Source of the DNA: an uncultured Acidimicrobiaceae bacterium
GTDB lineage: Bacteria > Actinomycetota > Acidimicrobiia > Acidimicrobiales > Palsa-688
Direction of reading: 5' to 3'
NCBI GenBank assembly: GCA_963702305.1
Contig: CAVPBX010000007.1
Location: 92,998-124,997 of the forward strand
DNA: 32,000 bases
This document shows, in pieces, positions 16,843 through 24,266 of the stretch. Made by a program: the position numbers and the translations under genes. Below the pieces are notes generated by a model. The model was not told the origin of the DNA, did not search any database, and saw nothing but the letters and a program-made list of their open reading frames with translations. The stretch's first letter is position 1. Every line of letters starts with the position of its first letter.

Positions 16843-16970
16843 GGGCTCGTCCTCGACCGTCAACACACACCCACACACTCGCGATCGTACGAACCGGAAC
16901 ATATCGTCGGTATATCGAAAACTACATACGTGCTGGCAACAGGCCGCGGCGTTGAATGGAGGCGTGACCT
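16843..16970. repeat. Copy B of the vanR-vanH control region: dead vanR 5-prime stub, promoter region, and the live vanH start
   Basis: The minus strand at 16866-16840 reads GTG TTG ACG GTC GAG GAC GAG CCC TGA (VLTVEDEP*), compared with vanR MRVLIVEDEP. Homology stops exactly after codon 10. The copy ends at the GGAGGC-GTGACCT vanH start. Confidence 0.8.
16901..16917. promoter_or_regulatory. Candidate VanR box, copy B: ATATCG-N5-ATATCG (perfect 11-bp phased direct repeat), 47 nt upstream of the vanH GTG
   Basis: The hexamers are at 16901-16906 and 16912-16917. The distance to the start codon is the same as in copy A. Confidence 0.45.
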
Positions 16971-17953
16971 CTGGCAAAGCAGATAGCGCCGTCCCAAGGG
17001 TGGGAATCACCATCTACGGGTGCGGGCCGGACGAAGCCCTTTTGTTCCGAGAGATGGCGCCTCGCTTTGGCGTCAAGCCAACTATCACCGATGCCGCGGC
17101 ATCAGATGCAACTATTGACTTGGCATCTGGGAATCGATGCGTCAGCGTCGGCCACAAGACTCAAATCTCAGGTGACATTCTGCTTGCGCTTCGCCAAGCC
17201 GGTGTTATGTACCTCTCCACTAGAAGTGTTGGATACAACCATATCGATGTCAAACTGGCGGAGAGCGTCGGCATCTCCGTTGAAAACGTCACCTATTCTC
17301 CGGACAGCGTTGCTGACTACACGTTGATGTTGATGCTCATGGCGGTGCGGAATGCCAAATCCACCATCAGCCGCGCCCAGGTTCATGATTACCGATTGAA
17401 TGAAGTACGAGGGAAAGAACTCCGCGACCTGACCATCGGAGTCATCGGAACAGGACACATCGGTGCCGCCGTGATGGACAGGCTGCGGGGGTTTGGTTGC
17501 CACGTACTGGCCTGTGACCGTTGTCCGAAGACCTCTGCCGAATACCTGCCTCTCGACGAGCTGCTACGGCAGAGCGACCTTGTGACGCTCCATACACCAC
17601 TCACCGCCGACACCCACCATCTGCTGAATCGTCAACGTATCGGGCAGATGAGGCACGGAGCATTCATTATCAATACGGGGCGTGGTGCACTTCTCGATAC
17701 CGAGGCCCTTGTCCCGGCGCTGGAGAGCGGCCGCCTCGGGGGTGCGGCGTTGGATGTCCTCGAAGGCGAGGAAGGAGTCTTCTACTCTGACCACAGAAGG
17801 AGACCCATTCAAAGCCAACTGTTGTTGCGGTTACAACAGTTACCGAATGTGCTGATTACTCCGCACACCGGCTACTACACCGATCACGCCCTGAGCGATA
17901 CCGTCGAAAACACGTTCCTCAATTGCCTGCGCTTTGAAAGAAGAGAAGCGTGA
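16964..17953 (+). CDS. vanH: VanH, D-specific alpha-keto acid (pyruvate to D-lactate) dehydrogenase
   Basis: ITIYGCG...GYNHID...IGVIGTGHIGAAV (NAD-binding GxGxxG)...NTGRGALLD...ITPHTGYYT. GTG start with a GGAGG Shine-Dalgarno sequence. GTGA coupling to the ligase gene. About 329 aa. Confidence 0.9.
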   Translation: MTSGKADSAVPRVGITIYGCGPDEALLFREMAPRFGVKPTITDAAASDATIDLASGNRCVSVGHKTQISGDILLALRQAGVMYLSTRSVGYNHIDVKLAESVGISVENVTYSPDSVADYTLMLMLMAVRNAKSTISRAQVHDYRLNEVRGKELRDLTIGVIGTGHIGAAVMDRLRGFGCHVLACDRCPKTSAEYLPLDELLRQSDLVTLHTPLTADTHHLLNRQRIGQMRHGAFIINTGRGALLDTEALVPALESGRLGGAALDVLEGEEGVFYSDHRRRPIQSQLLLRLQQLPNVLITPHTGYYTDHALSDTVENTFLNCLRFERREA

Positions 17954-18984
17954 ATAGGTTGAGAGTCGCAGTCATCTTCGGAGGTTGCTCCGAAGAACAT
18001 CCCATCTCGGTCAAATCCGCGCAGGAGGTGGCAACACACCTCGACCTTGAGAAGTATGAACCGTTCTATATCGGGATCACAAGAAGCGGTACCTGGAAGC
18101 TCTGTGACGGCCCTGACGCAGGCTGGGACAACGGCAGCTGCCGTCCGGCGATGCTGTCACCGGACAGAGGCCTACACGGATTGCTTGTCCTGAAGCAGGG
18201 CCACTACGAAACGATCAGTCTGGACCTCGTCTTCCCCGTGCTCCACGGCAAACTCGGCGAGGACGGGGCGATACAAGGTCTGCTGGAGCTGTCCGGCATC
18301 CCCTACGTAGGCTGCGATGTCCAAAGTTCTGCCCTGTGCATGGACAAATCTCTTGCCTATCTCGTTGCGAGCAACGCGGGAATTGCTATACCAAGGTTCT
18401 GGACCGTCACGGCGAACGAGGATCTCGACCCCGACCGGATTACTTATCCAGTCTTCGTGAAGCCGGCCCGTTCGGGTTCATCGTTCGGCGTCAGTCGTGT
18501 AAGTGAGAAACAAGAGCTGCCGAGTGCGGTTGAGACCGCAAGGCAATACGACTCGAAAGTGTTGATCGAAGAGGTTGTTGTCGGCAGCGAGGTGGGATGC
18601 GCGATCTTCGGGAACGACACGGATTTGATTGCAGGAGAGCCAGATCGAATCTCGCTAGCTCATGGGTTCTTTAGAATCCATCAGGAGAATCAGCCTGAAA
18701 GCGGTTCTGAGAACTCCACTTTCATCGTTCCCGCCGACATCTCGACAGAGGCGCGCGACCTCGTTCAGGAAACAGCAAAGACCCTATATCGAGCCTTGGG
18801 ATGCAGGGGACTCTCGCGAGTGGACATGTTCCTGAAGGAAGACGGAACGGTAGTCCTGAACGAGGTCAACACGCTGCCCGGTATGACCTCATACAGCCGT
18901 TATCCGAGAATGATGGCAGCCGCGGGACTGTCGCTGGCCGATGTGATCGACCGGATCGTGTCGTTGGCGTTGAACGGAAAGTGA
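17950..18984 (+). CDS. vanA: VanA-type D-alanine--(R)-lactate ligase
   Basis: MNRLRVAVIFGGCSEEHPISVKSA...EKYEPFYIGITRSGTWK...GEDGAIQGLLELSGIPYVGCDVQSSALCMDKSL...YPVFVKPARSGSSFGV...FRIHQENQPESGSEN...NEVNTLPGMTSYSRYPRMMAAAG is near-colinear with enterococcal VanA as I remember it, including the omega-loop and the HQE region characteristic of D-Ala-D-Lac ligases. Confidence 0.92.
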   Translation: MNRLRVAVIFGGCSEEHPISVKSAQEVATHLDLEKYEPFYIGITRSGTWKLCDGPDAGWDNGSCRPAMLSPDRGLHGLLVLKQGHYETISLDLVFPVLHGKLGEDGAIQGLLELSGIPYVGCDVQSSALCMDKSLAYLVASNAGIAIPRFWTVTANEDLDPDRITYPVFVKPARSGSSFGVSRVSEKQELPSAVETARQYDSKVLIEEVVVGSEVGCAIFGNDTDLIAGEPDRISLAHGFFRIHQENQPESGSENSTFIVPADISTEARDLVQETAKTLYRALGCRGLSRVDMFLKEDGTVVLNEVNTLPGMTSYSRYPRMMAAAGLSLADVIDRIVSLALNGK

Positions 18985-19613
18985 TGATGCACGAGGACTT
19001 TGTCTTTGTCGACGAGATCGTATCCGGAGTACGTTGGGATGCGAAGTACGCCACGTGGGACAATTTCACTGGCAAGCCGGTGGACGGATATCTAGTAAAT
19101 CGGATCGTCGGCTCGCGGACCTTGTGTGCGGCCCTGGGGACAGCGCGAGAGGTAGCAGGATCCCTTGGCTTCGGCTTGCTGCTCTGGGACGGGTATCGTC
19201 CTCAACGCGCCGTGGATTGCTTCCTGCGCTGGTCCAGACAGCCGGAAGATGACCGGACGAAACGAAGACACTATCCTCACATCGACAGGTCCGAGATCGT
19301 CGCACAAGGATATGTAGCTGAGAAGTCGGGCCACAGTCGGGGCAGCACCGTTGACTTGACGCTCTATCACTTGGCCACCGGTGAACTCGCTCCAATGGGC
19401 GGGGACCATGACCTGATGGATCCGATCTCACATCATGGAGCAAAGGGAATCACGCAAGTTGAAGCGAGAAACCGGCAGCGCCTTCGTTCGATCATGGAGT
19501 CCGGCGGGTTTAGATCCTACGATTGCGAGTGGTGGCATTACACACTGAAGGACGAACCCTATCCGAGCACCTATTTTGATTTTCCCATCACCACTGTTGA
19601 GCCAATTGAATAG
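18984..19613 (+). CDS. vanX: VanX D-Ala-D-Ala dipeptidase
   Basis: DAKYATWDNFTG, LLLWDGYRP, SGHSRGSTVDLTL (Zn ligands), CEWWHYTL. The ATG overlaps the ligase stop codon (TGATG). Confidence 0.92.
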   Translation: MMHEDFVFVDEIVSGVRWDAKYATWDNFTGKPVDGYLVNRIVGSRTLCAALGTAREVAGSLGFGLLLWDGYRPQRAVDCFLRWSRQPEDDRTKRRHYPHIDRSEIVAQGYVAEKSGHSRGSTVDLTLYHLATGELAPMGGDHDLMDPISHHGAKGITQVEARNRQRLRSIMESGGFRSYDCEWWHYTLKDEPYPSTYFDFPITTVEPIE

Positions 19614-20812
19614 ACTATGTCTGGGGGAGAGGTGCGGGTCGACGGGATGGTGACGGTGCAGGAGAGGCCTCCGTCGTTACGGGGGCGGGCGGTGGTGGTA
19701 CCGCCGTGGATCTCGGCAATGGACGCCACGATGGTCAGGCCCAGGCCGAAGCCGTCGTTCGACGAGCGGTTGTTGAGCCGCTGGAATGGATGGAAGATGC
19801 GGTCGGCGTCCGCCGGGCTGATGATTTGGCCAGTGTTTGCGACGGTTAGCTGGCTGTTTCCGGCTGCGGTACGGGTGCTGATCCAGATGTCGCCGGAAGC
19901 GACGTTGTAGCGCACCGCGTTGTCGACCAGGTTGGCGATGAGGCGTTCGACGAGCACCGGATCGCCGGATATGACGGCGCGTTCCAGCGTGGCGTGCACT
20001 TGCCGGTCGCTCAGGCCGGCGGTGTCGAGGATGTCTTCGGCGACCGTGGCCAGGTCGATCTCCTCGTGGACCGCGAGGCCGCGCTCGTTGCGGGCGAGGA
20101 TGAGTAGCGCGCCGATGAGGTGCTCGGCGTGATCCACGGCGGCGCGGATGTCGGCCGCCATGGCTCGCAGCTCGCCGGGGGTGCTGTCAGGGTTGCCGAC
20201 CACGACGTCGATCGTCGTGCCCATGACGGCGAGGGGGGTGCGCAGTTCGTGGGAGGCGTTGGCGATGAACCGCTGTTGGGCTTCGAACGCGGTCTGGAGC
20301 CGGCCGAGCATGTCGTCGAACGTCTCGGCCAGCTCTCGGAGTTCGTCCCGGGGACCTCTCGGCGCGATCCGCGCCGAGAGGTTGTGTTGCGAGGCGGCGC
20401 GGGCGGCCGCGGTGATCCGGTGTACTGGGCGCAGCGCCCGCCCGGCGAAGATCCATCCGAGGATGGCGGCGAGGGCGATGACGACGCCGAGGGTGATCAG
20501 CGAGTACTGCAGCAGGCGCGTCAGGGTGAGGGCGCGCTGCGCTTGCGCGCCCAGGTCGGCCAGAAAAGACCCGGGGCAATTGGAGGAGCCGAGGAAGCGC
20601 TTGTCGCCGCTCAGGTACGCGGACTTGCAGTGAGCCAAGAAGCTGGCCGGAACGCCACTATACGAAGCAGGTGGCTGGGCCTGCCTGGCCACCCCTAGCT
20701 GAGCCACCAGGGTGTAGCTGACGGCCACGATGATCCCCCCACACAGGGCGAACAGGCCGGTGTAGATCAGGGTCAGGCGGGCTCGGACGGTCAGGCGCGG
20801 ACCGCGGGTCAC
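19571..20812 (-). CDS. Sensor histidine kinase (HK2), paralogous to VanS
   Basis: TM1 LTLIYTGLFALCGGIIVAVSYTLVA, an extracytoplasmic loop of about 60 aa with two Cys residues, TM2, HAMP, and the H-box NASHELRTPLA. GTGA overlap with RR2. Its last 14 codons plus the stop codon are antisense to the vanX 3-prime end (43-bp convergent overlap). Confidence 0.8.
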   Translation of the reverse strand: MTRGPRLTVRARLTLIYTGLFALCGGIIVAVSYTLVAQLGVARQAQPPASYSGVPASFLAHCKSAYLSGDKRFLGSSNCPGSFLADLGAQAQRALTLTRLLQYSLITLGVVIALAAILGWIFAGRALRPVHRITAAARAASQHNLSARIAPRGPRDELRELAETFDDMLGRLQTAFEAQQRFIANASHELRTPLAVMGTTIDVVVGNPDSTPGELRAMAADIRAAVDHAEHLIGALLILARNERGLAVHEEIDLATVAEDILDTAGLSDRQVHATLERAVISGDPVLVERLIANLVDNAVRYNVASGDIWISTRTAAGNSQLTVANTGQIISPADADRIFHPFQRLNNRSSNDGFGLGLTIVASIAEIHGGTTTARPRNDGGLSCTVTIPSTRTSPPDIVYSIGSTVVMGKSK

Positions 20813-21453
20813 ATTCTGTATCCCTTGCCTACGACGGTCTCGATCAACGGCGGGTCGCCGAGCTTGCGCCGCAGCCGGGTCATAGTGACGGAGACGATAT
20901 TGCTGAACGGGTCGGAGTTGGCGTCCCACACCTGTTCGAGCAGCTCCTCTGCGCTGACCAAGGCGCCGTCAGCGGCCAGCAGCGTCTCGAGGATCCCGAA
21001 CTCTTTGCGGGTCAGCGTGAGCGGGCTGCCGGCGCGCATGGCGCGGTGGCGGGCGCGGTCGACGGTGAGGTCCTCGCGGACCAATACTGGCGGCGCTGAC
21101 GGCGCTCGGCGCGACAGCGCCCGCACGCGGGCGACGAGCTCGGCGAATGCGAATGGCTTGGGCAGGTAGTCGTCCGCGCCCAGTTCCAGCCCGTCGACGC
21201 GGTCATCGACGTCCCCGGCGGCGGTCAGCATGAGGATCCTCGGGCCGGAGCCGGCTACGTCCCGGCAGACCCGGTCCCCATGGAGGACCGGTAGGTCGCG
21301 GTCGAGCACGATTACGTCATAGGCCGTCTGGTCGGCGGCGTCCAGTGCGGCCGCGCCGTCATACACGACGTCGGTGGCCATCCCGGCCTGACGCAGCCCT
21401 TGAGCGATCCGGTCGGCGAGCGTCGCATGGTCTTCGACCACCAGGACGCGCAT
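20809..21453 (-). CDS. OmpR-family response regulator (RR2)
   Basis: MRVLVVEDHATLADRIAQGL...YDVIVLDRDLPVLHGD...LPKPF...LTRKEFGILETL...GKGYRM. ATG 21453 chosen; the 21720 extension was rejected. Confidence 0.85.
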   Translation of the reverse strand: MRVLVVEDHATLADRIAQGLRQAGMATDVVYDGAAALDAADQTAYDVIVLDRDLPVLHGDRVCRDVAGSGPRILMLTAAGDVDDRVDGLELGADDYLPKPFAFAELVARVRALSRRAPSAPPVLVREDLTVDRARHRAMRAGSPLTLTRKEFGILETLLAADGALVSAEELLEQVWDANSDPFSNIVSVTMTRLRRKLGDPPLIETVVGKGYRM

Positions 21454-21539
21454 CAGGCCATTATGCGCTGCTCGACATGACATCCGTGCAACATCGCCTG
21501 TAGCGCTGATGTCACCCGCCGGAGCGTACAACTGCAGGC

Positions 21540-22214
21540 ATGAAGCCAGTTCATCCTGCCGGCCGCCCTTGCAGAGGCGACGGCCCGCTGCGCCTCGTCC
21601 GGTCGAACGTCGAGGGCACGGGATGGATCGTCGGCGGGCGGGGAGCCTGGCGGCCCAGGAGCGTTTCGCTGACCGCGCTGTTGATTGTCGTGTTGGGTCT
21701 GACCGCGTGCGGGGGCGCATCGTCGCACCGCCCGGGAACTGCCAGCGCCGTCGGTACCACCACCAGCGCCTCGGCCGGTGGCAGTACGCAAGCAGGCGGA
21801 CTCCTGGCGTTCGCCTCCTGTATGCGCTCGCACGGCGTGCCGAACTTCCCCGACCCGACCGCCAGCGGTGGGATCCCGAAGCCTGCCGTTGTCAGCGCAT
21901 TCCAGGCGGTCGGCAACGCCCAGGCGCAGGCGGCCCAGAACGCCTGCAACCACTTGCTCCCCGCCGGAGGGTTGAGTGGGCAGGCCAGCCAGACGGTCAC
22001 CGCCCAAGACCAGCAGGACTACCTCAACGCTGCTGCCTGTATGCGCTCGCACGGGATCACCAACTTCCCCGACCCCGTCTTCTCCAACGGCCACGTCAAC
22101 CTCAACATCCCCTCCAGCATCGACAGCAAGTCACCGCAGTTCACCCAGGCCGCCCAGACCTGCACAAAGCTCATCCCCGCGGGACTCCCCTACAGCAGGG
22201 GCTCCGGAGGATGA
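21540..22214 (+). CDS. Lipoprotein with two tandem CMRSHG-x3-FPDP ... C repeat units, function unknown
   Basis: Lipobox LGLTAC. Unit 1 is FASCMRSHGVPNFPDP...AAQNACNHLLP. Unit 2 is AAACMRSHGITNFPDP...AAQTCTKLIP. Divergent from RR2. The 3-prime end overlaps the RR3 3-prime end by 25 bp. Confidence 0.7.
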   Translation: MKPVHPAGRPCRGDGPLRLVRSNVEGTGWIVGGRGAWRPRSVSLTALLIVVLGLTACGGASSHRPGTASAVGTTTSASAGGSTQAGGLLAFASCMRSHGVPNFPDPTASGGIPKPAVVSAFQAVGNAQAQAAQNACNHLLPAGGLSGQASQTVTAQDQQDYLNAAACMRSHGITNFPDPVFSNGHVNLNIPSSIDSKSPQFTQAAQTCTKLIPAGLPYSRGSGG

Positions 22215-22888
22215 CGCGATGTCAGCGTTGGGTCGATGATCCGGTAGCCGACCCCGGGGATGGTTTCGATCACGTCGGGGGGGCCGAGTTTGCGGCGCAG
22301 CCGGCCGATGGTGACCTGAACCGTTTTGGTGAAGGGGTCGGTGTGTTCGTCCCAAGCCTGTTCGAGGAGGTCCTCGGTGCTGAGGGTGGCGGGCGAGGCC
22401 CGCATGAGCGCTTCGAGCACGGCGAACTCCTTGGTGGTCAGCTCGCACGGCTGGCCGGCCCGGGAGGTGGTCCGGCGGAGCGGGTCGAGCTCGAGGTCGG
22501 CCGCTTTGAGGATGCGGGGCTGAGCGGTGGGTTTTCGTCGGGCCAGGGCCCGCAGCCGCAGGACCAGCTCAGGGAAGTGGAACGGTTTGGGCAGGTAGTC
22601 ATCCGCGCCGAGCCCGAGCCCGCTGACCCGATCCGCGGGGGCGTCGGCCGCGGTGAGCATGAGCACCATGGCCGGGTCATCGCTCTCGGTGATCATCTTG
22701 CAGATGGTGTCGCCGTGGATACCGGGAAGGTCGCGGTCCAGTACGACGACGTCGTAGCGGTTGATGTCCAGCTTGGCGGCGGCGTCGAGCCCCGTGTAGG
22801 CGACGTCGACCGCCATGCCTCGGTCTCGGAGGCCCTCGGCGATGTCGTCGGCCAGTCGCCGCACGTCTTCCACGACCAGCACCTTCAT
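22190..22888 (-). CDS. OmpR-family response regulator (RR3)
   Basis: MKVLVVEDVRRLADDIAEGL...YDVVVLDRDLPGIHGD...LPKPF...LTTKEFAVLEAL...GVGYRI. ATGA overlap with the upstream kinase gene. Confidence 0.85.
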   Translation of the reverse strand: MKVLVVEDVRRLADDIAEGLRDRGMAVDVAYTGLDAAAKLDINRYDVVVLDRDLPGIHGDTICKMITESDDPAMVLMLTAADAPADRVSGLGLGADDYLPKPFHFPELVLRLRALARRKPTAQPRILKAADLELDPLRRTTSRAGQPCELTTKEFAVLEALMRASPATLSTEDLLEQAWDEHTDPFTKTVQVTIGRLRRKLGPPDVIETIPGVGYRIIDPTLTSRHPPEPLL

Positions 22889-24142
22889 GGCAACTCTCGA
22901 TTCGGGCAGGGGGGTGCGGCGTGAGGAAGCTCGACCGCCACGCGCATCCCTCCTTGTGGGCGGGCCCCGAGTTCGATGGTTCCGTGGTGGGCGGCGGCGA
23001 TGGCTGCGACGATGGACAGACCGAGCCCGAGCCCGCCGTCGGCGCCGGTCCGCTCGCCGCCGCCTCGCCAGAACGGTCGGCCCAACTGGCCGGCCTCGGC
23101 GGGTTCGAGGATGGGACCGCTGTTCTCGACGATCAAGCGGGCGGATGGACCCTCAGTCGTGGTTGTGACCTGCACCCACCCGCCGGGCTGGTTGTAGCGG
23201 ATGGCGTTGTCGATCAGGTTGACGGCGAGACGGGCAAGGAGGGTTCGGCTGCCGGCGACCTCCGCCTCGTCAAGGCGGCGGTGCAGGGTCACGTCGGCTG
23301 CGACGGCACCGTCGGCTCGGGTGTCGAGAGCGTCCGCGGTGAGGTGGGGCAACGAGACCGTCGTCAGGTCGTCGATCATCCCCCGCTGGGCTCGGGCCAG
23401 CACCAGGAAGCTCTCCACCAGCCGTTCGGCCTGGTCGAGCCCCTCGCGGACCTTGGCCGAAAGCACCGACGCGTCCTTCGAAATGGGCGGAGACTTGGCC
23501 GCGGCAACATCCAGGGAGGTGCGCATCATGGCGAGCGGGGTGCGAAGCTCGTGCGAGGCGTTGGCCACGAAAGCTCGCTGGGCGCCGAAGGCGCCCTCCA
23601 GCCGGGCGACGAGCCCGTCGATGGTGTCAGCCAGGTCCGTGATCTCGTCACTCGGGCCGGCCAAGCCAAGCCGCTCGTGGAGGTTCTCCTCGGAGATGTG
23701 CCGCGCCGTGGAGGTGATGTGCCGCAGCGGGCGAAGCACCCGACCGGCCATGAGCCATCCCAGCACGACGGAGGCCAGGGCCATGACGCCCAACGCCACC
23801 GCGAACCACACCAGCAGAGTGCGCAAATCCGCGGAGTGCTGTGCGCTTGTCGCGCGCGCGCACCACGCCGGCGCCAGCCGGGAGGATGTGGACGGTGTTC
23901 GAGGGCCCAGGCGAGTGAATGACTGGGCTGCGTGGGGAGGTGATGTGGACGGTGGCCGCGAACGGGAAGCGGGCCACGAACAGGTAACTGATACCAAGCA
24001 GGGCCGCGCCGCAGAGAACGAACAGCGCCCCATAGGCGAGGGCGAGGCGCACCCGCACCGTCCGCCGGGGCAGGCGAGCGCGGGCCAACCGGCGGGCCAC
24101 ACAGGCGTAGGGTCCGAAGGCCACTCCGGTCACGGGTCGCAC
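22885..24142 (-). pseudogene. Sensor histidine kinase (HK3), apparently frameshifted in the extracytoplasmic loop
   Basis: TM1 (VRVRLALAYGALFVLCGAALLGISYLFVA) is in the frame of ORF 23648..24142. TM2, HAMP, the H-box (NASHELRTPLA) and the ATPase domain are in the frame of ORF 22885..24102. The frames switch near the (CG)5 tract at 23851-23861. Confidence 0.65.
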
Positions 24143-24266
24143 GCACTCACGGCCAACTCCGCCTGCACCTGCCGGCGCCGACGTCCGCGAACGCCAAATC
24201 CTGCTGCTCGTCCGACCCCCGATGACCTCTCTCCAGCCGCTTCACGGCCCCCAGCATGGCCCCTGG

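Noticed and set aside
16934-16942. GGCAACAGG in the vanH promoter copy B (GGTAACACC in copy A) resembles the GGTAACAGG repeats at 24269-24288, hinting at cross-regulation between the paralogous regulators
   Set aside because: It is a single 9-mer with one mismatch, not phased or repeated, and poorly conserved between the two van promoter copies. It could easily be chance, so I kept it only as a note.
21509-22924. A 471-aa plus-strand ORF spanning the lipoprotein and RR3 region
   Set aside because: It is out of frame with the lipoprotein and antisense to RR3. The translation is Arg/Pro/Gly-rich with no motifs.
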